Shown here: positions 1 through 7,509 of the stretch, one piece after another
Layout: each line of letters begins with the position of its first letter
How positions within the stretch are numbered: the stretch's first letter is position 1
DNA from: Pseudobacteriovorax sp.
GTDB lineage: Bacteria > Bdellovibrionota_B > Oligoflexia > Oligoflexales > Oligoflexaceae
Direction: 5' to 3'
Assembly: GCA_050293845.1 (NCBI GenBank)
Contig: JBNKNM010000102.1
Coordinates: 1-18,927, forward strand
Length of the DNA stretch: 18,927 nucleotides
The notes under the pieces: generated by a model
Databases searched by the model: none
What the model saw: only the letters and a program-made list of their open reading frames with translations
What the model was told of the DNA's origin: nothing
Program-made: the position numbers and the translations under genes

Positions 1-131
1 TAGAGGAAATTGCGGATGGAAATTATGAATTTAGAACATCACTTCGAAAGGGAGATGAGCTAGAAGAAGTGGCCAGAGCATTAAATCGTGTTTCAGAATT
101 ACTTGAAAAAGAACATAAAGATTCTCTTTAG
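1..131 (+). CDS. 3' end of HAMP-domain membrane protein (truncated at window edge)
   Basis: Not in the ORF track. Frame 3 reads EEIADGNYEFRTSLRKGDELEEVARALNRVSELLEKEHKDSL* with TAG at 129-131, matching the HAMP pattern (IAxG..., DE..E.A..N). It resembles the C-terminus of 4272..4772. The stop overlaps the convergent stop of 128..1543. Confidence 0.8.
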   Translation, partial: EEIADGNYEFRTSLRKGDELEEVARALNRVSELLEKEHKDSL

Positions 132-1543
132 GCACTATATTTCTTACTCCGAAACCAATCAGCAACTTCAAGGTAATAATCACCACAATCATCGCGATGG
201 ACATACAGAACATAGATAGTATCATTACTTCTATCATTACGGATATGGGGAGAAAACTTGTATTGCTTGACTCGTCCATCTAAATAACCAGGGATATATC
301 TTTGAAGCTCTTTGTAGACTTTAGGGTGTATAAGTATAGCATGATAGCCTCCCTTCACCTTCGCTTTGAGGTCAGATATTCCCTTGCGCGCTTCAAGATA
401 TGTTTCAGCAAAGGAAATAGATTCACCTTCTATTTCATAATTGCTTAATTCTCCAGAAAAAATTCCTTTTCCTTCACCATAGGTGAGTGAAGAGATTAGT
501 ACCAAATTATCGACTCCCATTTGTTCCACCACAATTTGCTTGAATATATTAAGCTGCTTAAAGACTGTACCCAGTACAAATTGACCTTTATTTTCATTTT
601 TAGGAAGAGGGAATGGGTATTCATATGTCACTGAATAATTGTCCTGTCCTGATTTGGCTATGTAACCTGGACCTCTTACTTCGAAAACATCATGGCCTTC
701 TGAAAGCCGGGACATTGGTATATATTTAAACTCATATTGAGCTCTCATAATATTTTGAATTTTGGCGAGATATGTATCAAATATTTCATGTTTCCTGGTT
801 ATCAATATGTCGTCAGGAGATTGTAGAATAAACTTACTTGTCCAAAATTTTACCCTATGTATTGGCATAGTTTCACGGTAACTAAGACCTTTTAAAATGA
901 GATCAATTTGATGTGGTAGGCATTTATCAGTCAATTCTCCGTGAAGATGCCGGTATTTTCTAGAACTTTCTTGTCGCTCTCTATCAACAGTTTGCCTGTA
1001 GAGATAATCTTTATACATGCGATCTTCAGATATAATGAAAATCATCATCCCTGCGAAATATCCAGCAACATAGTGTGGGTACATAAATGAGACTAATTCA
1101 TAGTTATATATAGTTAGACATAGTATAGAGGCAATTGTAACTAGTGTATTTCTTACTACACCAGAAGTTCTCTTGCGAAAACAAATAGCAAAACAAATCA
1201 TCTGTGCATATTGTAATGGTGATGTTGAAAGCTTAAAGTTGATCATATCAGCGCGTATTACTAAAAAAGTAGCGCCCAATACACCGGTTATGCTGACAAT
1301 GTCTGCAAGTGTTCGGTAGTAGCGAAATGTTTTGTAATTTGAACTGAGGAACATAACAAGTGTTATAGCCATAACCAGTATCGTTGGGATATATACAAAG
1401 GAAGACATAATATCGATGCGTGCATTAAGTATCGAAATGATGATTAAACCCACTAATCCTAGCAAAGAAATCCAAAACATGGATTTCTTTGCATGCTGAC
1501 AGAGGACATCGCTGTAATGTTCGATTTCTTTGTTAATGCTCAT
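128..1543 (-). CDS. Multi-TM membrane protein with degenerate class III adenylate/guanylate cyclase-like domain
   Basis: 471 aa with about 5-6 hydrophobic segments in aa 25-172, a coiled linker, then LPHQIDLI..G..YRETMP, GYIAKSGQD...YPF and SLTYGEGKG...YEIEGESISFAETYLE, which follow the layout of class III cyclase motifs. Confidence 0.6.
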   Translation of the reverse strand: MSINKEIEHYSDVLCQHAKKSMFWISLLGLVGLIIISILNARIDIMSSFVYIPTILVMAITLVMFLSSNYKTFRYYRTLADIVSITGVLGATFLVIRADMINFKLSTSPLQYAQMICFAICFRKRTSGVVRNTLVTIASILCLTIYNYELVSFMYPHYVAGYFAGMMIFIISEDRMYKDYLYRQTVDRERQESSRKYRHLHGELTDKCLPHQIDLILKGLSYRETMPIHRVKFWTSKFILQSPDDILITRKHEIFDTYLAKIQNIMRAQYEFKYIPMSRLSEGHDVFEVRGPGYIAKSGQDNYSVTYEYPFPLPKNENKGQFVLGTVFKQLNIFKQIVVEQMGVDNLVLISSLTYGEGKGIFSGELSNYEIEGESISFAETYLEARKGISDLKAKVKGGYHAILIHPKVYKELQRYIPGYLDGRVKQYKFSPHIRNDRSNDTIYVLYVHRDDCGDYYLEVADWFRSKKYSA

Positions 1544-1569
1544 TCAATAAAGCTACTGCAATTATTAAC

Positions 1570-1656
1570 AGATTTGCCAATCTACCTATCGGTGAAAAAA
1601 TTTGTTTCTCGCAGCATTTACCCTAAAAATAAGATCGCAAATAGAGTGGCAAATCT
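1570..1656. repeat. 15-bp inverted repeat (1 mismatch) with 57-nt spacer
   Basis: AGATTTGCCAATCTA (1570-1584) versus TAGAGTGGCAAATCT (1642-1656). Confidence 0.7.
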
Positions 1657-1707
1657 AACAAGCTGTTTCTATGGTAGAAATACAATCTATAGTTTTAACA
1701 AAAAAAG

Positions 1708-2310
1708 CTACCTTGGTGCAAAGGCGGCCTCAATATTTGCATTTTTACGCGATGATTTTTTTAGAAAACGATAATAACGAATAAAAAACTCCTTATAACA
1801 TAGAATTTTAACCATCCGCAATCTTAGAGGGCTCGTATAGTATACTGAAGCTTTTCTTCCAGGGTATTTCGGGACCTCTCCTGAGAACAGCTTGCCACAG
1901 GCAATACGTTCGTAAAGAGAAACTAAATAATGTCGTTGATTGTCCACAGCAAAGGTAACGTACTCTATACTTTGGTAGTTGCATGCGAAGCGACAAACTT
2001 CACACCAAAAACGAATCATCTCCCCATAAGACTGATGAAGTTCCCCCTTCGCCCAAACCAGATTTACTTCGAGGCAAAAGCTCATAGGTACCTTTTCAAA
2101 AATCTTGTTGGCTTTGGGTAGTACCTGAGGCCACGCCATGTCTTTTCCTATGGCAAAAGCAAAACCACCTAATAATTCATCATTAATAAAAGCCCCAAAC
2201 ACATCACATTCATAAATGTAGAGTTCTGGCACATTCATGTTAGCTCTATTATTATACTCTCTTAGAAACTCCCGCCGAGCCGATAAAGAATCAAGCTTAC
2301 GTATTTCCAT
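1708..2310 (-). CDS. Hypothetical protein, probable GNAT/acyltransferase-like fold
   Basis: 200 aa with SD GGGGA upstream. VFGAFINDELLGGF, CLEVNLVW and LVSLYERI resemble the GNAT beta-strands and C-terminal LY motif. Confidence 0.55.
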   Translation of the reverse strand: MEIRKLDSLSARREFLREYNNRANMNVPELYIYECDVFGAFINDELLGGFAFAIGKDMAWPQVLPKANKIFEKVPMSFCLEVNLVWAKGELHQSYGEMIRFWCEVCRFACNYQSIEYVTFAVDNQRHYLVSLYERIACGKLFSGEVPKYPGRKASVYYTSPLRLRMVKILCYKEFFIRYYRFLKKSSRKNANIEAAFAPR

Positions 2311-2683
2311 GTCTTTCCCCTATACAAGTGTCAAGTCCTTATTCCCTTATTAGTTGCGGAAAAGCAACGTTGGGACCATAGGTAAAGCACTAGAAATACG
2401 TGCTAATTTATGAATATAACATTGACAGTGTCTGATAAATAGACACAGGCGACCAGTAGTTTTACAAATCTGTAAGACTTGATTTATAAAACCTTAGAAC
2501 GGCAGGTTTTTTTTTTGGCATCTCTTTTGAGGTCAATTCGTTACAAAGTTTGCTAATCCTCCCATTTTTTGAAACGAGTTTTCATATTTGTTTTTAAGGA
2601 TCGAATTCCTACTTTTTGTAGAGCATAAAGTATACCAACCTGTAATGGCCATAGAATGAAATTGTGAACATCGATAAAAGCAC

Positions 2684-2729
2684 TTTTTTCAGTATATTTG
2701 AAACTATAGTTTCAAATATACTGAAAAAA
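2684..2729. repeat. Perfect 46-bp palindrome with no loop
   Basis: TTTTTTCAGTATATTTGAAACTA|TAGTTTCAAATATACTGAAAAAA: the 23-bp arms are exact reverse complements. Confidence 0.95.
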
Positions 2730-3035
2730 TAAGTTTTTATGCATATTTATATCAGATGAATATGATGTGATCCTAATTATGACTGTGAGAAGTTTATCAT
2801 CCGAAAGTCGTTTGTCAACTTCAATACTTTAGATTCCATTAATGGAAAATAAGACCTATTTTAAAAGGGTATTTACTTCGTTAAAAGATTGAAGGCTTAA
2901 TTCCTTAAGAAATTTTAAGTTTGATTTATCAAAATATTTGTTTGTGTATTTACAGGCTCATCTTGCTACAAATTCGAAAAAATATGATTGTTATTATTCT
3001 GTTATCGGGTTACTCAATGGTGCATGGAGGAATGG

Positions 3036-4229
3036 ATGACACCAAATCGGGAAACAGTAGCCATTAACAGTGAGTTAGTAAACACGTTAATCTCTAGGAA
3101 GGGGATTAAGAAGGAATGGCTAGCCGCGACTCTAGGTATATCAAGAATTACCTTAAGCAGATGGGTCAATGGGCATGTAAAAACAATCAAATATCGACAT
3201 CTTCAAAAACTATCGGAGTGCCTTGAATGCTCTGTGCATCAGTTGATTTTAAAGGAGGAGAGAGGTTTTGATCTGCTGGAGAAGAACACTAAATTCTTTA
3301 ATCAGACAAACGTTCAAAATAGCTTAGCCTTGCTGGGGGATAGTGATTTAAATAGCAAGGTTATTGACCAATCAATGGCAAGCCAAGTTTCTGTTGTTTT
3401 ACGTTCTCTAGATATTGCAAGCAAACTGATACATTTAGGTTATTTAGAGCAAGCCGAGCTATTTTATCATCATGGGAGCACCATAGCGGAAAGGCTTGAG
3501 GATAAAAAATGTATCGAAAAGGCCTGCATCGTTAATCTACAGTTAAGGCTAATTGACGAGACACCGCAGCGGCTAAAAAAGTTTCTCATCCGTGAGCTAG
3601 AAACTCAATTAGTGCATAGAGAGTATTTTGTAGCTCTTCAGATAGCAACTATCGGTTTTTGGAGGTCCATTGGAGATTTTTATACCGCTAAACAAGAGTA
3701 TGCTAGCTGTGTTAATCAGTTAAGAGAAAGGGGCCAGGAAGCTCAGGAGGAGTTTGTGCGTCTAGAAGGCCTTTTATTGTTTGCAGAACTTTCCTACTGG
3801 ACGGGAGTAGGAAGGATCATTGCCCATAGTTCTAAATTGCTTGATACTATGCAGAACCCAGAGCTTTGGAAGGCCATAGGGCTTATTTGGAAGCTGCGCA
3901 GTGCGGGAGCCGATCAAGTCGCCATACTTGTAAAACAGCTCAGGGAGTTGAATACCAAACACTTCGCCATAGTAAAGTTTGCTATCGAATGCCTTTTTAT
4001 AAGTAGTCATATTAGTATCTTACAGGAAATTTGGCCATATCTTTCCCCTGTCAAGGGAGTGGGTCGACTACAAATGCTCGAAATTGAACTTATGGATCTA
4101 TATATTAATGGGGCGCGAGATGAAATAAAAAGAGAAAGAGCGAACTTTGTAATTTCTCAAGTCAGGGCTCTTGGTTTACCCAAGCGATTACCATTATTAA
4201 AGGAAAGATTTTCTGACATCTTGGTTTAA
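3036..4229 (+). CDS. XRE/Cro-family HTH transcriptional regulator with helical (TPR-like) C-terminal region
   Basis: LISRKGIKKEWLAATLGISRITLSRWVNG...LQKLSECLECSVHQL is an XRE HTH. Start moved from the track's TTG 2988 to ATG 3036 because GGAGG lies at 3026-3030. Confidence 0.8.
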   Translation: MTPNRETVAINSELVNTLISRKGIKKEWLAATLGISRITLSRWVNGHVKTIKYRHLQKLSECLECSVHQLILKEERGFDLLEKNTKFFNQTNVQNSLALLGDSDLNSKVIDQSMASQVSVVLRSLDIASKLIHLGYLEQAELFYHHGSTIAERLEDKKCIEKACIVNLQLRLIDETPQRLKKFLIRELETQLVHREYFVALQIATIGFWRSIGDFYTAKQEYASCVNQLRERGQEAQEEFVRLEGLLLFAELSYWTGVGRIIAHSSKLLDTMQNPELWKAIGLIWKLRSAGADQVAILVKQLRELNTKHFAIVKFAIECLFISSHISILQEIWPYLSPVKGVGRLQMLEIELMDLYINGARDEIKRERANFVISQVRALGLPKRLPLLKERFSDILV

Positions 4230-4271
4230 GAAGTATGGATTCGGTGATAAAATAGGGTTACGGAGAATGCT

Positions 4272-4772
4272 ATGAATTCTTACAAGTCCCCTAAGCTAAG
4301 TTTTTTTCGCCGGAAGTTTTTGATTAACCGAGAGTTTCAGTTCTGGTTTATCATGTGCTTTGTGAGTGTGGCTATTGCAGTTATCGTAGCTGTGTTTCTA
4401 GCTTCGGAATATTTTTTTTGGTATTTTACAGAACAAGGAAGAGCTGCGGGATTAATGGAGGGGGATATTTTTTTCTCTTTTCTTGATCGTCAACGTTTAG
4501 CTATGACTCAAGTCCTATTCGTCCTATCAAGTTTCTTTTTTATCAGTTTATCAATGCTCGGGTTATTATTTAGTCATCGTATCGCAGGCCCTTTATATAG
4601 ATTAGAAAGACATATGAGAGCTGTAGCTAGGGGAGATATTGCTTCACCAATAAGGTTTCGTAGTAAGGATTTCTTCAAGGAGCTTTCCAAGGCTTATAAT
4701 GAACAATATGATTATTTGAAGTATGGATTGGAACCACCTTCTGTAACGTCTAAAGATGATACTCCCAAGTAG
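4272..4772 (+). CDS. Small two-TM HAMP-domain protein
   Basis: RRKFLINREFQ N-terminus, two TM helices, then the HAMP sequence SHRIAGPLYRLERHMRAVARGD...RFRSKDFFKELSKAYN. No output domain. SD GGAG upstream. Confidence 0.85.
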   Translation: MNSYKSPKLSFFRRKFLINREFQFWFIMCFVSVAIAVIVAVFLASEYFFWYFTEQGRAAGLMEGDIFFSFLDRQRLAMTQVLFVLSSFFFISLSMLGLLFSHRIAGPLYRLERHMRAVARGDIASPIRFRSKDFFKELSKAYNEQYDYLKYGLEPPSVTSKDDTPK

Positions 4773-4781
4773 TTAGCTAGA

Positions 4782-5549
4782 TTAATAATATTGGACTTTT
4801 ATTTCTACGCGGCGATTGTGTTCTCTTCCGATTGCAGTGTTATTTGATTCTGCAGGTCTTTGATCTCCATAAGAAATGGTGTCTAGCATCATAGCAGGAA
4901 AGCCAGCATTTTCCTTTATAATTTTTGCTGTCTCCCCTGCTCGTAATGCCCCAAGCAAATTGTTATTGAACTGATGCGACTTTCTACTATCTGTGTGCCC
5001 TTCAATCAGTAACGGACGATTGATTTTTTGTAATATACGACATAAGCGGATCAAGCGTTTGCGACCCTCTCTCGTATAGCGATAACTATTAGACGCGAAG
5101 AAATGAGCCCCTATTAGCTTGATGGTGAAGCCTTTTTCATGAACCTCAGTAATCATCGATTGTCTAAGTTTTTGATTGAACTGATTATTCTTGTGGGCAA
5201 TTTTAGTGATAAGGTTTTCAACTAGATTTTTGTCACGGTCAATAGCAATATGAGGATCTTCTTTTATGAGATATTGTTTGGGACCTGGGATTTCCTTTTT
5301 TTGCCCACGAAAAGCTTTGAAAATGAAACTACCTTTTGCAATATCACCAACCTCTTGATCTATATCAATGGTTTCGGGAATTTCTCTGAATGCCTCACGA
5401 ATGGCAGCTGTTGCCCCTAGGACACGATTAGTCTTTCCTTCTTGAATCGTTCCATAGAGAACAACGAATGCAGCAAAAAGTAGAGTCATGAGATCAGCAT
5501 AACTAACAATCCAGCCTGATTTCTCTCCTGATTCATCTTCCTCTTCCAT
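4782..5549 (-). CDS. motB: Flagellar-type stator B subunit, copy 2 (MotB/OmpA_C)
   Basis: TM WIVSYADLMTLLFAAFVVLY with the conserved Asp; OmpA_C motifs IEGHTD, RA, SYGDQRP and NRRVEI. Start taken as ATG 5549 (track start TTG 5552); overlaps the end of motB1. Confidence 0.9.
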   Translation of the reverse strand: MEEEDESGEKSGWIVSYADLMTLLFAAFVVLYGTIQEGKTNRVLGATAAIREAFREIPETIDIDQEVGDIAKGSFIFKAFRGQKKEIPGPKQYLIKEDPHIAIDRDKNLVENLITKIAHKNNQFNQKLRQSMITEVHEKGFTIKLIGAHFFASNSYRYTREGRKRLIRLCRILQKINRPLLIEGHTDSRKSHQFNNNLLGALRAGETAKIIKENAGFPAMMLDTISYGDQRPAESNNTAIGREHNRRVEIKVQYY

Positions 5550-6321
5550 CAATAGCCCTCTCGAAATATTTAACTTTTATCTCAACACGGTTATTTTTTA
5601 AAGATTCCTTACGGTCGATTGGTCGCATATTGCCGTACCCTGCAATAAATAAACGCTTTTTATCTATTCCACTATCAATAAAAATGCTGCGAGTGGCCGA
5701 TGCTCTCAAAGCACTCAGCTCAAGTGGTGTATAGGAGCCAAGATTTCGTACTTCGCTGTGACCATCGATGTATATTTTTAATCGATTTTTCTTCATTTTT
5801 TCCGCAATCATTTTTATAAGCTTTGTTCCTTCGTTTGTTGGAGTGGTCTTACCTCTGGGGAAAAACACTTTGTCGATTAGTTTAAGATGAAAACCATATT
5901 CGTCGCTATCAAATTGAGTAGCATTTCTTAAACTACGAGAGAGACCATCACCTTGGACTAGGTTTTTGATCTCCATTTCTAGCTCTTGCAATTCCCTTGT
6001 TTTATCAGGAAGGATATTTTGCTGACGGTTAAATTTTTTGATCGCTGGGTTTATAGTGGAATCTCTAATAGCTTTTTCAAAGGATAATTTTCCTTGAAAA
6101 CGTTCTGCTCTTCTGATTTTTTCTGGAATTTCATCAGGAATCTCTATAAATGCCTCTCGAATTGATGAAGTTATCCCAAGAATTTCTTGAGATTTTCCTT
6201 GAGGGGTAATACCGTAAAGAACGACAAAGGCGGCAAATAATAGTGTCATGAGATCGGCATAGCTTACGATCCAACCTGAACCTTGTTCTTCCTCCTCTTC
6301 TTCACCTAAGTGTGAACTCAT
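5533..6321 (-). CDS. motB: Flagellar-type stator B subunit, copy 1 (MotB/OmpA_C)
   Basis: Same TM motif WIVSYADLMTLLFAAFVVLY; OmpA_C-like IDGHSE, LSALRA, GYGNMRP and NNRVEI. Confidence 0.9.
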   Translation of the reverse strand: MSSHLGEEEEEEQGSGWIVSYADLMTLLFAAFVVLYGITPQGKSQEILGITSSIREAFIEIPDEIPEKIRRAERFQGKLSFEKAIRDSTINPAIKKFNRQQNILPDKTRELQELEMEIKNLVQGDGLSRSLRNATQFDSDEYGFHLKLIDKVFFPRGKTTPTNEGTKLIKMIAEKMKKNRLKIYIDGHSEVRNLGSYTPLELSALRASATRSIFIDSGIDKKRLFIAGYGNMRPIDRKESLKNNRVEIKVKYFERAIDGRGR

Positions 6322-6665
6322 TTCCCTTCCAGCTTACATGTTTTTACACTAAGAATTTTTCTTGGTATCGATTCTGTATATTTTAAAGTTGAATAACGAA
6401 AAGGTACACCATTCAGCTTCTCAACCATATCGGGTTTTGCTGTGAAAAAGCACCTTTGACGACCTAATTTAAAGTTTGCAACGCAAAGGCTGACCCAGCC
6501 AGGTTCCATCATCTCATTAGCCTCGGGATTGGGAACTATATACCACTCACACTTTGTTTTTCTTTCGGGGTCACACCCTGTGAGGTAGCACCCAATAGCA
6601 AAGGAAATGGTAAAGCTACTGGCAAGAAACCGTAGTGATCTGTTACGAATCATTTTGTTACTCAT
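6318..6665 (-). CDS. Small Cys-rich lipoprotein inside the mot operon
   Basis: Basic N-region, hydrophobic stretch and lipobox LTG|C, with four further Cys in the mature part. Likely start is ATG 6665 (overlapping the motA stop) or 6653. Its stop overlaps the motB1 start (ATGA). Confidence 0.75.
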   Translation of the reverse strand: MSNKMIRNRSLRFLASSFTISFAIGCYLTGCDPERKTKCEWYIVPNPEANEMMEPGWVSLCVANFKLGRQRCFFTAKPDMVEKLNGVPFRYSTLKYTESIPRKILSVKTCKLEGK

Positions 6666-7407
6666 TTTGAGACGCGGTATCGAGATGAGCACTCAATCTT
6701 TCGCGAATAAGCTTCGGATTGATACCTGTTAGAATCCCAAGAACCCCTGTTTTAATGATTTCTCCATTACGCATGTATTCTCCCATGCGGTATTTCAATT
6801 TTTTACCCAGGGGTATAAAAACTAAGTTTGCTAAAAGAGATCCGTAAAGGGTTGTCACCAGTGCCACGGCCAAACCAGGGCCGATTTTGGTGGGGTCGGA
6901 CAGATTTGCCATAATGACAATTAGACCTATTACAGTACCAATCATGCCAAAAGCGGGAGCTGCTTCTCCCATATCTTCAAAAATCCCTCGGCCATCAGTT
7001 AATCTTTTTTTCATAATTCGTAGGTCATCACCTAAAATTTGATCAATCAACTCTGGGTCTGCTCCATCGACAGCGAGCCTTATCCCTTTTGCTAGCAAGG
7101 GATTCTCAATGATTTCCTTTTCTAGGGAAAGTATGGACTCTTTACGGGCTTTATTGGCAAGATCGATGATTTGCTCGATGAGCTGCTCAGGAGGCTCCAC
7201 AGGGCTAATCACCGTTGTCATCGCTGCTTTAACCCCGTCGGTAGCAGCGCTAAGGGGCCAGCGCATTATAGATGAGCAAACAGACCCCCCTACAACAACT
7301 ATGACACTTAAAAGGTCCCAATACATAATCAAACTGCCAGACATGATCATAACCACTATAATAGTGATGCCACCAACGACGCCTCCTAGTATAGTTGCAA
7401 GATCCAT
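6658..7407 (-). CDS. motA: Flagellar-type stator A subunit (MotA/PomA family)
   Basis: MDLATILG, ARKESILSLE, GIRLAVDG, APAFGMIGTVIGLI and GPGLAVALVTTLYG motifs; G-rich SD. Confidence 0.95.
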   Translation of the reverse strand: MDLATILGGVVGGITIIVVMIMSGSLIMYWDLLSVIVVVGGSVCSSIMRWPLSAATDGVKAAMTTVISPVEPPEQLIEQIIDLANKARKESILSLEKEIIENPLLAKGIRLAVDGADPELIDQILGDDLRIMKKRLTDGRGIFEDMGEAAPAFGMIGTVIGLIVIMANLSDPTKIGPGLAVALVTTLYGSLLANLVFIPLGKKLKYRMGEYMRNGEIIKTGVLGILTGINPKLIRERLSAHLDTASQNE

Positions 7408-7509
7408 ATCCCCCCCTTAGTCTGATCCGATCCATAATTAACTGGAAGCTGAAAAATTGATTCAGGACAGTAAAGAAGGAGTCAGGATAACTTTTCACAT
7501 CCGGTTAAA

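Noticed and set aside
2381..2410. c-di-GMP-I riboswitch (GGTAAA...GAAA hairpin)
   Set aside because: The downstream GACGCAAAGC and P3 elements are missing.
2779..2892. Tiny ORFs (MTVRSLSSESRLSTSIL, MENKTYFKRVFTSLKD) as RRNPP signal peptides
   Set aside because: No SD and no export-signal character.
2988..3035. TTG 2988 as the regulator start codon
   Set aside because: ATG 3036 has a GGAGG SD and places the HTH at the N-terminus.
4782..7407. Zorya (ZorAB) defence system or ExbBD/TolQR motor
   Set aside because: The A subunit is a 249-aa canonical MotA/PomA with rotor-contact residues and no long ZorA tail. No zorC/D/E-like genes are nearby, and the B subunits carry OmpA_C domains, unlike ExbD/TolR.
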